The notes beneath the pieces are model-generated. The model made no database searches. It was not told the DNA's origin and worked only from the letters and a program-made list of their open reading frames with translations. From Elsinoe ampelina (lineage: Eukaryota), in assembly GCA_010093995.1 (NCBI GenBank), contig ML992512.1, positions 405,736-469,735 of the forward strand: DNA of 64,000 nt, in the 5' to 3' direction. Shown piece after piece: positions 1-11,821 of the stretch (the stretch's first letter is position 1; each line of letters opens with the position of its first letter). The translations under genes were made by a program, and so were the position numbers.

Positions 1-1062
1 ATACGATACGACCTATCTCCAAGCGCATCATCCACGACATCTGGAGAGTATGTAGATGCGATTCGTCCTGCGCCGTCCGCAAATGCGAGCCGGACATCGG
101 TAGCAAGACCTGGCACTAGTGGCGGCTTGCCAGCGCATACTCTGTCGACAAAGGCCAGCTCTCGAAGTCTACCATCCCTACGCAGACCAGAGACAAGACT
201 AGCTCAGAAAGAAGCACATCCATGGCAACACCTCGGTATCACGCTTGGCTTACCCATGATCCTCTTATTCGATCTAGCAATACCCTGCATCGTCTACTAC
301 ACATGGTACAATAGATCAGTCTCACGGTGGGAGGAAGACTGTCGGAACCAATTCCAAGACCGCCCATGTGAACTGCCGAAGCCTGAACTGGACAAGACGA
401 TCATGGGGGCCGCCGTGGCCTGCTTCGGGTTCGGAGAAATCTGGATCTTGGGAGCCAGAGTTTGGCGGCTGTTCTTTCGACAAGAAGAATGTGCACCGTT
501 ACTGTCGAGAAGCAGATGGGAATTGGACGCCACTAGCTGGGTCTACCTTGTAGCCGTGCTGATGGCTCTCATACCATTTGTCGTCGGATCCGAGCTTGTC
601 ATTCCCAAGCTGTACCTCTACGGACCAAGCTTTATCATGGTCTTTCTCGGGATACTAATGATCATATCCTTCTTTCCCTTCAGATTGCCTGTAGGCATTA
701 ATTCACAACCACGCGGGTCTCGCATGCGACCTTTCATCTACTACGCAGCCGAAGACTTTATCGCTGTAGACGGACTGCAAGACCGAGAGTTCAGAATACG
801 GTATAATGAACGATACGAAGAGAACAAGTCCTTCCGGAGATTCTTCTACTTCCTCACCGTCTGGTGGATATTGGGCGTCATGTTATATGAAGGGGCGGTC
901 TCGGCGATAATCTGGTTGTTACCCTTCCATTACGCATTTGGGGCGAGTCTCGGCGTTCTGTTTGGATGGATCGCCACATGGGCGTTATGCACTTATGGTT
1001 TTGTAGAATGGGAGATGAGGAGGGAAAATAAGGCGTACGAAGCAGCGGCTCTTGAGGCTTGA
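1..1062 (+). CDS. Uncharacterised multi-pass membrane protein (5' partial)
   Basis: The frame is open from base 1 to TGA 1060-1062, so the start lies outside the window. Six or seven hydrophobic segments and a soluble loop RPFIYYAAEDFIAVDG..FRIRYNERY that looks like a conserved fungal motif; no function assignable. Confidence 0.75.
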   Translation: MRYDLSPSASSTTSGEYVDAIRPAPSANASRTSVARPGTSGGLPAHTLSTKASSRSLPSLRRPETRLAQKEAHPWQHLGITLGLPMILLFDLAIPCIVYYTWYNRSVSRWEEDCRNQFQDRPCELPKPELDKTIMGAAVACFGFGEIWILGARVWRLFFRQEECAPLLSRSRWELDATSWVYLVAVLMALIPFVVGSELVIPKLYLYGPSFIMVFLGILMIISFFPFRLPVGINSQPRGSRMRPFIYYAAEDFIAVDGLQDREFRIRYNERYEENKSFRRFFYFLTVWWILGVMLYEGAVSAIIWLLPFHYAFGASLGVLFGWIATWALCTYGFVEWEMRRENKAYEAAALEA

Positions 1063-1633
1063 CCGACATTGAAGCTTGTAACATACATAGACTGCCTCGG
1101 TACATATGTATCATAGATCTATTTCCTCCAATCGCGCGTGCTTCGCGAGCTCCACTCCAGGGGCTGACACAAATCTTCTTCCGAGCCCTATAGTAGATCT
1201 TACTACTGAAAATGCCCATTTGGTGAAGAACCCACAACACGGACATGGTTCCCGACCACGTCAGGAAGGTAGAGGAAGTGGAGGAGATCTTGTCGGGTAA
1301 CATACTCCGCCCTTTGTACAATTCAGAGTATGATCCTCCGCCGCTGTGGCTGCTTGGTCGGTTTCAAGGCGTTCTCGAAACAGCTGGCGCCGGGATGCGG
1401 AGCTTGACAAGAAGCTTGAAATGAAAGGGTTCACCTTTCCACCTCCAACGCTCGCGATCACATTCGCTGGTTGGCATGAAAGATTGTTCCGCCCTGTGTC
1501 ATGTTTGTAACGAATGTAGCTCTGAAGCTGAGATGTTCTAGAGGTATGTATAAAGGTAGTATTCCCATCCTAACATCCTCAACCACGACACCACTACCAT
1601 ATCACCTCTACCGCTGCTTTGCACAATTTCACA

Positions 1634-2576
1634 ATGGGCCTCCTCAGTACCATTGGCGCCATTGCGTCTGCCGCGGCCTTTGCCTCTGCCAACTCGGACT
1701 TCGTCACGCTCGCCACTCGCGGCTCCGCTTGGATTCAGGAGGCGGATGCTACTGTGATTCTTCCAGCCCTACCCAACCCGGTCAATGGCCATACTTCGCT
1801 GTGGAGTGGTATCTATACCGACAACAACTTGTCATTCATGCAAGGTGTCAGCGCTGTTGGCCCTGGCGAGTACGTTGGCACTGAGAAGACAGTCGTACAT
1901 GGAACACTGATGGTCATGGTAGTAATTTCTGCGGTCGTGCTGGAATTACTGCCTGGTGCAACAATGCATACACACTCACTGGGCAAGCGCCGAGTAAGCT
2001 CTGATCGTCTCATGCTCTGGACTAAGCTAATGTCCTTCCAGACTGGAACGTCCACAATGGCAAGTCCGTCTTAGCCGGTCCTGGGGCCAAAGTCAGGACA
2101 CACTGTATGCTCCTTGGTCGAGACCTTCTTGTATCTCTCTCTGACGTGCTTCATAGACAAGCTCAACCCTTCGACACAACTGTGGGACCAGAACATGTAC
2201 GTCAACGGCAAGCTTGTCTCGACTGTGTCCATGAGTATGTAGCACACCCTAACCTAAAGGCTGCATTATCACTGACTCCTTACTAGGCAAGGGCGAGCAC
2301 GGCAACATCTTCTACATCTCGATCGAGTGTGCCGCTGGTGACTGCGCTGCTCATCCAGCCCACTGTAAGGTCTACCCATGTCCCAACTGAACCCAATCGC
2401 TGACACGCTTTCTAACATGGCAAGATGTCTCGATCGTTCTCAACCAGCCCGATATGAACTTCAAGCACAACGGCGCCTGGGACTATGGAGCTACGGGAGG
2501 GGTCATGTCAACACCTGACTCCGGAAAGACTTGGAACTTTACTACCTTGAATATGCCGGCGCAAAAGGCTCAGTAA
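1634..2576 (+). CDS. Small secreted beta-rich protein, 6 exons
   Basis: ATG 1634, signal peptide MGLLSTIGAIASAAAFASA. Introns 1870-1922, 1994-2041, 2105-2156, 2235-2286 and 2365-2424 (see findings) give a continuous frame to TAA 2574-2576. TATAAA near 1549. Confidence 0.8.
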
Positions 2577-2987
2577 AGGTGGGAACAAGGGCTATCCTGT
2601 CGTTGGAAGAGATTTGCGAATCATAGACGGTCAAGAGATCAGAAACTTTTTCGAGGTCAGGAACTTCAAACTGTATATATTCGATAATCATCACACATAT
2701 CCATTCCATGTCGAATAGTAGGGACTCTGAGATGCGAGCTTACACAACCCGTCCCAGTTCGATTTGGAACAGCAAACCATCAAGGGAAATGACTTTGGCG
2801 GATCCCAGTAGACCGTACTTGTTCGGAGAAGAATGATCGAGAAGTATGGTACGTGCAAAAGTGAAGTTATAAAACCCAATGCATCCCGCCGCTCTCGGAG
2901 CTCGCCATATCAAAATCTTGGCAAAGTGACGACTTTCTCGACCTCTCCCCTCCACAATTTCTTCTTCCACCTCCCGTCACCTCCACC

Positions 2988-4178
2988 ATGCGCGCCTCCA
3001 CAGTTCGCCGCTTCGGCGCCACCGCCCTGCGGTCAGCCTCGCTCCAAGTCACCTCGCACCCGGGCGGCAAAGGCATTCCCATCTCCAAAGCCCAAGGAAT
3101 CATGCAAGCCGGCTTTGTCGACGGTACCCTCCCCTCCTCTCCCCTCCATCGCCCCTCCCACTAACGGGCCCCCTCCCCAGCAATCGGCAACACCCCTCTC
3201 ATCCGCCTCAAACACCTCTCCTCCGAAACGGGCTGCGAAATCCTCGGCAAAGCCGAATTCCAAAACCCCGGCGGCAGCGTCAAGGACCGCGCCGCCCTCT
3301 ACGTGATCAAAGACGCCGAAGAACGCGGTCTCCTTCGGCCAGGCGGCACCGTCGTCGAAGGCACAGCGGGCAACACGGGCATCGGCCTCGCGCACGTGTG
3401 CCGCTCCAAGGGGTACAAGCTCGTCATCTACATGCCCAACACGCAATCGCAGGGCAAGATCGACCTGCTGCGTCTGCTGGGGGCAGAGGTGTACCCTGTC
3501 CCGGCGGTGGCGTTTGAGAATCCCGAGAACTACAACCATCAGGCGAAGCGCCACGCCGAGAGGTTGGACAATGCCGTGTGGACGAATCAGTTTGATAATA
3601 TCGCGAATCGACAGGCGCATATCGAGACCACGGGGCCGGAGATTTGGGCGCAGACGGGAGGGACCGTGGATGCGTTTACGTGTGCGAGTGGGACGGCGGG
3701 GACGATTGCGGGTGTGACGAGGTATCTCAAGACGGTGAGTGAGGGACGGGTGAAGTGCTTCCTTGCGGATCCGCCGGGGAGTGTGCTGCATAGCTATATA
3801 CAGTCTGGAGGGGAGTTGAAGGAGAGGAAAGGGAGCAGTATCACCGAGGGGATTGGGCAGGGGCGGGTGACGGATAATTTGGCGCCGGATTTGGAGCTGT
3901 TGGATGGGAGTTTGCATGTGCCGGATGAGGAGAGTATTGAGATGGTGTATAGGTGTTTGGATGAGGAGGGGTTGTATCTGGGAGCGAGCAGCTGTTTGAA
4001 TGTGGCTGCTGCGAGGAACGTGGCGAAGATGTTGGGCCCGGGGAAGACGGTGGTGACGATATTGTGTGATGGGGCGTATAGGTATGCGGATCGGTTGTTC
4101 AGTAAGAAGTGGTTGACAGAGAAGAAATTGTTGGATGCGATACCCAAGGGTTTGGAGAAGTATATAGTGTTGCCATAG
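2988..4178 (+). CDS. cysB: Cysteine synthase (O-acetylserine sulfhydrylase) with mitochondrial-type presequence
   Basis: ATG 2988 ([19 protein letters not shown]), intron 3124-3180. Spliced product has [12 protein letters not shown]-lysine motif [17 protein letters not shown] and GTAGT loop. Confidence 0.93.
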
Positions 4179-4552
4179 ATGTGTATAACAAAAGTCACAG
4201 TAGACACGGATTTACAGGTGCGTTCAGAGAAAAGTTGATTCATGGGTAGCTTATGCTTGGTCTAGCATCTTTTGTACCCTCTGGTCTTCCCATTACCATT
4301 CGTACTCCCGCCGAGACTGTGAACTCGAAGCTCATGTAGCTGAGGAAAGACCCATAACGCCATGCAGAAAATCATGCCCGGCCGATGCTCATCATGTTTT
4401 GTTCCCCCCTTCCCATGTGCTAGGTGCAAGGTCGTGAAAAAGTGAATGGCCGTCGTAAGCCGGGTATCGTGAAAGACAGACTGTGTAGGTGGTGGTATAC
4501 CGAATGGATCTTTGTCGTCTAGACTGTAGATGCATTGTTTGTGGCGCTCCCC

Positions 4553-4867
4553 TCAAGTGGTCTTGTTGTTGTTATTGTTGTTGTTGTTGGCAGAGGTGGT
4601 GGCGGAGCTGCACACAGTGCCGGAGGAAGAGGTGCTCCTAGACATGACGGTTGGGGTGCTGTCGGCGCTGCGGGTGAAGGCTGAGAAGAAGCCAGCAAAG
4701 AAGCCGAAGCTGGCGCTGGGAGAGGCCATGGGAGTGTTGCAGGCGCTCTGTGGCTGTCCAAGGGCGCGGGCAGCGCGTTCCATCTCTGCCTTCCTAGCTC
4801 TTGCCTCCCTGATCTCCATCTCGCGCTCTTCAATGTAGCATGCTGGAAGGGCGTCTGCTGGGAACAT
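4553..4867 (-). CDS. Candidate small orphan protein (104 aa) with poly-Asn tail
   Basis: ATG in a strong context (CAAA-ATG) with a CT/CA-rich leader and a TATA-like element near 5046. Charged helical N-terminus; (AAC)n microsatellite encodes N8. No recognisable family. Confidence 0.5.
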   Translation of the reverse strand: MFPADALPACYIEEREMEIREARARKAEMERAARALGQPQSACNTPMASPSASFGFFAGFFSAFTRSADSTPTVMSRSTSSSGTVCSSATTSANNNNNNNNKTT

Positions 4868-6288
4868 TTTGACTATTTGTTGTTGAAGTCGTGTTTGAGG
4901 AGGGGTAGAGTCGAAGGTGCCTGAAGGAACTCGAGAGTTAGAGGTTGGTGATTTTGAAAGAGAAATATCCGACTGAGACTTGGTGGGGGATTATTGTATC
5001 AGGCGTGATCGATGGAGTAACGGTCGCGAAAATTGGGAGATTTGATTATAAAGGTTCCGGTCCAGAGGGCAGACGTTATGTCCACGTGAGGTCGGTTTGA
5101 AATTTGGTGTGGATGGCGGGCGGCGGCGGCTGAAGTCACGCGAAGAGTTTGTTCTCACCTTGTAAAGATCTTTGTCGCAATAAGTCGGTGAAGGCTGATT
5201 GATGGTTTATGAGTTCTTGATGGAGGCGAAAGATACGTCAGATGAAGAAGGTGGGCAGAGGACGTTGTTTTTGTCTTGGGAGGAAGGTAAGGGCGGTGAA
5301 TTGTAAGCGCGGCTGCTGCCAAAGCAAGAATTCAGCAGGAAAAGGGTCTGGAAACTCTGGATGAATGCAGCGCGCGGCCGCCGAGCTTCTGGAAGCGTTC
5401 CGCCGGCCGCCCAATCGTATCCACCCCCGCATTTTCAATCACACATTTCCGGCGGTGATTTCCCACCGGTCCGTTTCTCAAAAGCCTCTCATTCGCCGCG
5501 CCTGCGTCATTCCTAGACAAACCTAGCAGCACATCCCCCGGTCTGACCTTGTCCGGGCCTTGTGACAGTTTCTTGGAATTGCTGCGAACATGCTTGGGAA
5601 TCATGACGATCGGCGCAACACTGCCTCCAGACCGTCCAGGAACGTTGCGCTTCGTCACGCTCGTGTTGTGATACGGTCAGGAACAGCCCTGGATCTGCTG
5701 AAGCAGGCCACAGACAACACGATCAGGACAGAGTGAAAGTCATCACTCGCCGCCGCAGCAGCGCACATATCAGTAATGTCCTATCCCATCACGTTTTGGC
5801 CGGTGCTAAGCCTATCGATCGGAGATGGAAGGTAGGACAAGGCTGACAGTTCATAGCTCAGCCACGCAGACAGCGGGACAAGAATGGCCGCCATTTTCTA
5901 TTGCAAGCAACCTGACTCGTGGAGAACGATACGAAGGTTCATGCAAGATCGTCGGTCAGTACTTTCGAACACGCTTCTGCGACGGGAATCTCGTTATTGA
6001 ATGGTCCTGAATAGCAACATGAGATACAACGTCGCTGTAGGTCAGGATCGAGTCCTTGCCAATCTGGTAAAGTCCACTTGTTGTCAAAGGTGTGCCTGAT
6101 ATGGGAACGCGATTCCGAAGTTCCTGCATGACTTGCTGTAACCCCATTGGTCCGCTTGCTCGCTGATTGTTTTGTTTACCGTCGGATTTGTTGCGGGGCA
6201 GACGACTGTCACATTCCCGTCGAGCTTTAGATATATAAAGTCATCAATTCATCATACTGGTCAAATTATTTCGCGAGCGTTCCCAGCC

Positions 6289-9200
6289 ATGCCAGGTCGA
6301 GTTTCTGCGCGCGCATCACGCGCATCTACAGGACAAGCGGCACCAACCCGAAAATCGTCAACGCAAACACTCAAATCAGCGCGCAGCTCAACAGACCACC
6401 GAGCATCGTCCTCCCCAGTCGCAGATGTACCAGATGAAGGCGCCTCGACAGCGTTGCGCAAGCACATTGGCGCTATCTTCTCGGACAGCCAGAAATCAAC
6501 TACTGGCCACCGCAAGCTTGTCATCAATCTGCGCAAGATTCAAGAGGCATGCTGTTACGAGCCAACGAGCAAGAAGGGAAGACAAGATGATCAATTCGAT
6601 GAGGAGGACTTCAACAACGAGTTTCTGCGCTGTATCCTGCGGCTTCTACCAATCAGAAAGTCAGAAGCAGCAGGGGACAGGGTAGTCCGCTTCCTTGGTG
6701 TCTTTCTTCGAGTGGCTTCGGATAAGGATAACGCTCTTCTCGCGGACCAGCAAGATGAAGATACTACAACTCTGCCAGAGACTCCGACTTCTCGCCTGTC
6801 GAATCTGATCTTCTCAGCTCTGCTGCAATTCTTCAACGCAAAGGACAAGGTAGTACGATTCAGAGCAACGCAAATCACCAGCCACATGATCAACATCTTG
6901 GACGCTCTGGACGATCAGCTGTATCATGTTTTGCGTCTCGCTCTTCTCAAGCGAATTCACGACAAGGAAGCTTCCGTTCGGATGCACGCCATTTATGGTC
7001 TCACGCGCTTAGCAGCAGACGTCGAATCTTCTGAGCCCGAGGCGTCAGACAGCGAGGACGATAGCGGCGCCGCTGGAGTACTGGAGAAGCTGCTGATCTT
7101 GCTGCAAAATGACCCTTCTGCCGAGGTGCGACGGTCACTCCTTCTCAACCTCCCCTTGGTACCAAAGACTCTGCCTTATTTACTCGAACGAGCTCGCGAT
7201 CAGGATGCTGCAACCAGACGTGCTCTTTTCGCGCGGCTTCTTCCAGCACTAGGCGACTTCCGACATCTTTCTCTGACACATCGCGAGAAGCTACTTCGGT
7301 GGGGACTACGCGATCGTGACGAGGCAGTACGAAAGGCGACCGCCAAACTCTTCCGGGAACGTTGGATCGAGGATTGCGCGAAGCTACCCGCGGCAGGTGG
7401 CGCTGACGATGCTGAAGGTGCTAAGAAAGATGCAACCGCAGCAGCTGCACCTAGTATTGAGGCATTGCTGGAGCTGCTGGAGCGAATCGATGTGACCAAC
7501 AGCGCTGCTAACGGCGTCGCTCTCGAGGCCATGTTGGAGTTCTGGGAGGGAAGACCAGACTATGTCAGCGATATGGACTTCGGACCGACCTACTGGGAAG
7601 AGCTGACACCAGAGAGCGTCTTTGTCGTCCGCACTTTTAACGACTTTTGCCGCAAGTCAGAAAATCGAGATGCGCGAGAGCAGGGACGCCTCATGGATTT
7701 GCTGGAAGGCAAAATGCCAGAGGTGACCAGGTTTGGGTTCTTGTTGGAGAGGGAGATCAAAGCACTTGTCGACACAGTCCAAAGAGCGGCAAGTGGTGGA
7801 CCGGATGGCGATGGTGATGAAGACGCTGAAGAAGAGAGTGTCAGCAGAGAATTTGTGGTCGAGCAGATGTTGGCTATGGCTTCAACCTTTGACTACTCGG
7901 ATGAAGTCGGAAGGAGGAAGATGTTTGGCCTGCTTAGGGACGCAACGGCCATGCCTGAACTTCCTGAAGAGGCTACAAAATTGGTCGTAGAGGTCCTGCG
8001 ACTTGTCTGCGGTGACGACAACCAGGGCAAAGGCGAGAGGGAGTTCTGCGGAGTTGTTCTCGAGGCCATTGCTGAAGTCCACGACACCATTATGGGTGAA
8101 GATGAGAAAGAGAAGAGCGAGGAGGGCGACGAGAGCTTTCACTCTGCACGCAGTGAGCTCAGCGCTGGCTCTGGCAAAGGTCGCAAGAAGGTCGTGCAGG
8201 ATGCTGACGGTGATATGAGCATGGACGACGGGGTCGACGAAGAGAAGGCGATTCGAGAGATCATGGTCAACATGAAGTGCCTGCATATCGCGCAGTGCAT
8301 GCTTCAGAATGTCCAATGCGATCTAGAGGCGAATGTCCACCTGGTCACCATGCTCAACAATCTCGTCGTACCAGCTGTACGAAGTCAAGAGGCACCCATT
8401 CGTGAACGAGGTCTCATTTGCTTGGGCCTCTGCTGCCTTCTCGGCAAGGTATGTTCCACCTCTTCCACTGCAATGGCTCATCTAACATTTTTAGAACCTT
8501 GCCCAGGAAAACCTCACCCTCTTCCTACACTGCTTCGCCAAAGGTCACCCCGAGCTGCAAATCATCGCTATCCAGATCCTCACCGACATCCTCACCACCC
8601 ATCCCTCGCTCCTCGCCCCCTCCCCCTCCGAGACCGATGCCTCCACACTCGACGCCTCCCCCCTCCTCAAACCCGTCCTCAAAACCTTCTCCCGCGCCCT
8701 CAAATCCGAATCTCCCGAAGTACAATCCACCGGCGCCACCGCCCTCAGCAAACTCATGCTCAGCCAACTAATCACCGACACCGATATCCTCCGACAACTC
8801 ATCATCACCTTCTTCGACCCCGATACCTCGACCAACGCCCAACTCCGACAAGCTCTCTCCTACTTCCTCCCCGTCTACTGCCACTCCCGCCACGATAACG
8901 CCGTCCGCGTCGTCCAAGTCGCTACCGGCGTCATCTCCCGCGTAGGCGGCATGCGGGAAGCATTCATCGAGGAGATGGACGACGAAGGCGGGGAGATGGT
9001 CACTACTGCTTTCGTGGGGGGACTGCTGGTGGACTGGACCGATCCGCGCAAGATCGTCGGCCGCGAAGCCCTACTAGGCCTGAGTCGGGAGGCGGAAGGG
9101 GAGAAGACATGCACTCATTTGTTGCTGGCCGAACAGATACTCGAACGCATGGTGACGGGCCAGACGAGCAAGGACGAGAGGAGGGTCCTGTTCGGGATGC

Positions 9201-9691
9201 TGGGGAAACTTCACCTTGCTGGGAAAGGTCAGGGGCTCGAGGCGATCAAGACGGTGCTGGAGTTGTTGGCGGAGGCGACGGAGGGGAAAGTCGCGGGGGA
9301 TGCGACGGGTCGGAATGTTCTGGCGAAGATGCAGGGGAGTTTGTTGAAGTTGGTGCATGATGCTGTTGGGGTGGAGAGAGGGGTGGAGGGGACGGAGGTG
9401 GATGCTACTTCGCTGACGGCTATGGCTACTCCGGGACGGGTGAAGGGGAGGGGGAGGAGGAGTGAGGATATCAAGGAGGAAGAGGAGGAGGAGGAGGATG
9501 AGGTGACGATGCAGTTGAGGAGGGAGATGGAGGGGACGAAGATCGAGAAGGAGGATGGGGAGGAGAGTAAGTTGACGGTGATTGGGGAGGGAAAGGAGGA
9601 GGAGAGTGTGATCGATACGAGCCAGTTGCCGAGTGAGAAGAAAATGCAGAGTTTGATGGAGAGTCTGGATGATGAGGATGAGGACTTGTAG
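6289..9691 (+). CDS. YCG1: Condensin non-SMC subunit G (Ycg1/Cnd3/CAP-G), HEAT repeats
   Basis: ATG 6289; intron 8449-8494 (GTATGT..CTAAC..TAG) joins the two ORF-track pieces. Motifs KDKVVRFRATQ, LQNDPSAEVRR, WGLRDRDEAVR, DYSDEVGRRK, LRQALSYFLPVYC. Confidence 0.93.
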
Positions 9692-9789
9692 ACGTGGAGG
9701 GGATCGTGGGAAAGGGGCGCTTGGGAGATACCTTTGTTTTTATCTAAGTGTTCATTTCTTCGTCTGTCTATCGGAGGGTGTGCGTGAGA

Positions 9790-10620
9790 TCATTGTCGAC
9801 CATGGGTGAACTCCATGCGCATCTCCACGCCACCGAGCTTCTCAACCAGTGGTTTTCGTGACTCGCCTTCACCCTTTGTGTCAGTGAGCAGGGTGAGTTT
9901 CGCTATCGCAGCATGCTTCCCATCTTGCGCCTTATCCGCATTGATCCTGACCTTCGGTGAGTATACAGCCTCATGCTTGTTCACAGCTCCGACGCCCCAC
10001 GTTACAGAGTCGCCAGTCGCATCGCCCTCGCTATTCATCAGTGCAGAGTAGAACTTCTTGAATGGATCGAGCTTGTTGGCAGGTACCACCAGATCAAGCT
10101 GCTCCACGCCGAGCACACCGGACGGATGAGAAGTCAGCTTTTCATCTTTCGGGACTCTCAGCTCTCGAGGCGTGACGTCGTGGCACCAGAAGGGCACTTC
10201 CCCTCTCCTCACGTTCTCGGGAAAGGTGACCTTCCACTTGATCTCGACCCCATCAGGCTTGATCCTCCCGCCTGCTCTTGGGTCTTGGTACTTTACCCCC
10301 TCAAGACCGGTGTCGGCATGGTTGATACGCTCGTTTACTTCGTGGATATCCTCTGCGCTGTCTGATGTGAAGGCCCAGTCGATGTAGCCGGAGCCGTGCT
10401 GGCCCCACCAGTGGCCCTTTCTGTTCTCGGGTTCGTCGTTGATGAAGGCTATGAGTTCGATGTAGCTGCCGTCCTTGAAGACGATGAGCTTATTTTCGGT
10501 CTTGCCGTCTGCGTGGCGTCCTCCGGGAGCGATGGTGAAGTTGTTGGTGAGCCAGGTTGGGAGGGATTGTAGGTCGGAATAGGGGAGGCCGACGATGATG
10601 TGGTCAATCTCTGGTGCCAT
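9790..10620 (-). CDS. Glyoxalase-like (VOC superfamily, Glyoxalase_3-type) protein
   Basis: Intronless 276 aa. IDHIIV, GGRHADGKTENKLIVFKDGSYIELIAF, GGRIKPDG..KWKV, PFWCHDVTPRELRV, HPSGVLGV. Confidence 0.85.
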   Translation of the reverse strand: MAPEIDHIIVGLPYSDLQSLPTWLTNNFTIAPGGRHADGKTENKLIVFKDGSYIELIAFINDEPENRKGHWWGQHGSGYIDWAFTSDSAEDIHEVNERINHADTGLEGVKYQDPRAGGRIKPDGVEIKWKVTFPENVRRGEVPFWCHDVTPRELRVPKDEKLTSHPSGVLGVEQLDLVVPANKLDPFKKFYSALMNSEGDATGDSVTWGVGAVNKHEAVYSPKVRINADKAQDGKHAAIAKLTLLTDTKGEGESRKPLVEKLGGVEMRMEFTHGRQ

Positions 10621-11821
10621 CTTGATGTGAGTGATCTCCAGGGTGGAGATGTCTTTATCCTGTCGAGGACGAACGGGCGATGATAGTGTCCAAAGGTATT
10701 ACCAGATAGAAAATCGATAGTCTTCAGCGACGCTGGGATCACTGGGAATGACAAATGTGGCGTTGGAAAATCGCACTCTCATCGCATAGAAATCTGGAAT
10801 CGCAAACAAAGCAGAACAATACGATTACCTTGTGGAAGAAAGGTTACAATGACTCAATCACGAACCTCGATGGGGTGATCCACGACTGCCCCGCATTGCG
10901 GCTCTGCAAGGGTGTGTTCCCAATGATGCCATTATGTATTGTCCACCTACATACCTTTCATCAAGAAGTCTGGTGCAGAGACTTGTAGCTTGTACAACGA
11001 ATCATGCTGGTGTTGGACCAGGACTCATCTGTCGGCGAGGTCCTTATGAAACCGACCCAGTGCCTTGCCTCGTTGACAGAGACTAGCGAAGCGGCCCCAA
11101 TGGCATAGCAACATCTGCGGTCGCGAAGAAGGTTGACCGTCGCTGCAAGGTACCTGTACCTCGAATGCGAGAAAGTGGATATGTTGTGGAACTGAAAGGA
11201 TCCTGCAGCGGGTTGTCAAGGTCGAATTATGGGCCCCCTGTTGTGCGACCTCTCAGCTGTCCGAGCTTGGTATACGAGGCAGTATTGTTTTACGAGATTG
11301 GGATCCGGATGAGATGTCGGGTTAAGCAACGTGAGGATGCCCTGGATGGTCTCTTCGAAGGGCAATTGAGGTCGAAATGAAGTGATGAGATGATGGAAAA
11401 CGGTAATGACCTGGACAGGAAGAAAGCAGGGAAGCCCGAGGCGTGTGTGGCTGAAACTGGTGTGCGGCTCTGCGAGGAAAAAAGAGCCGAACTGGTCCCC
11501 AAATCCGGGGAATGTTTTTATGTCAACAAGACGTCGCAGCAACCAAAAGCAGAACTTCGCATGCGAACCGCACGGCACAACGACGACCCGCTATCCCTCT
11601 CAGTCACTCGCTGCATATTTGTATTCGATATAGCGCTCGCTGTGCAGCCATTTCGAACCTTCTGTCGCTCTGCCTCGTTCCGCAGAGGCTTTCAACCCAC
11701 GTCAAAACACACGCACGACCGCTTCGAGACATCATAACACTCTCAATGGAACTCACCGCCCTACCAACCTAGAACCACCATATATCGCAGTCGCATATAT
11801 CAGTCTTTGCAATTTGTCACA

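Noticed and set aside
2246..2254. ACCCTAACC telomere-template-like motif
   Set aside because: A single short match inside a 52-nt intron; no room or context for telomerase RNA.
3033..3917. Long antisense or alternative-frame ORFs (also 14182-15087, 15205-16197, 16069-16893, 24596-25405, 39578-40546, 49780-50565)
   Set aside because: Shadows of real genes produced by GC-rich, skewed codon usage; no independent motifs.
8418..8898. Apparent frameshift between the two YCG1 ORFs
   Set aside because: Explained by the canonical 46-nt intron 8449-8494.
11382..11454. GTGATGA...CTGA as a possible C/D snoRNA
   Set aside because: No recognisable rRNA-complementary guide, no convincing terminal stem and no C'/D' boxes.
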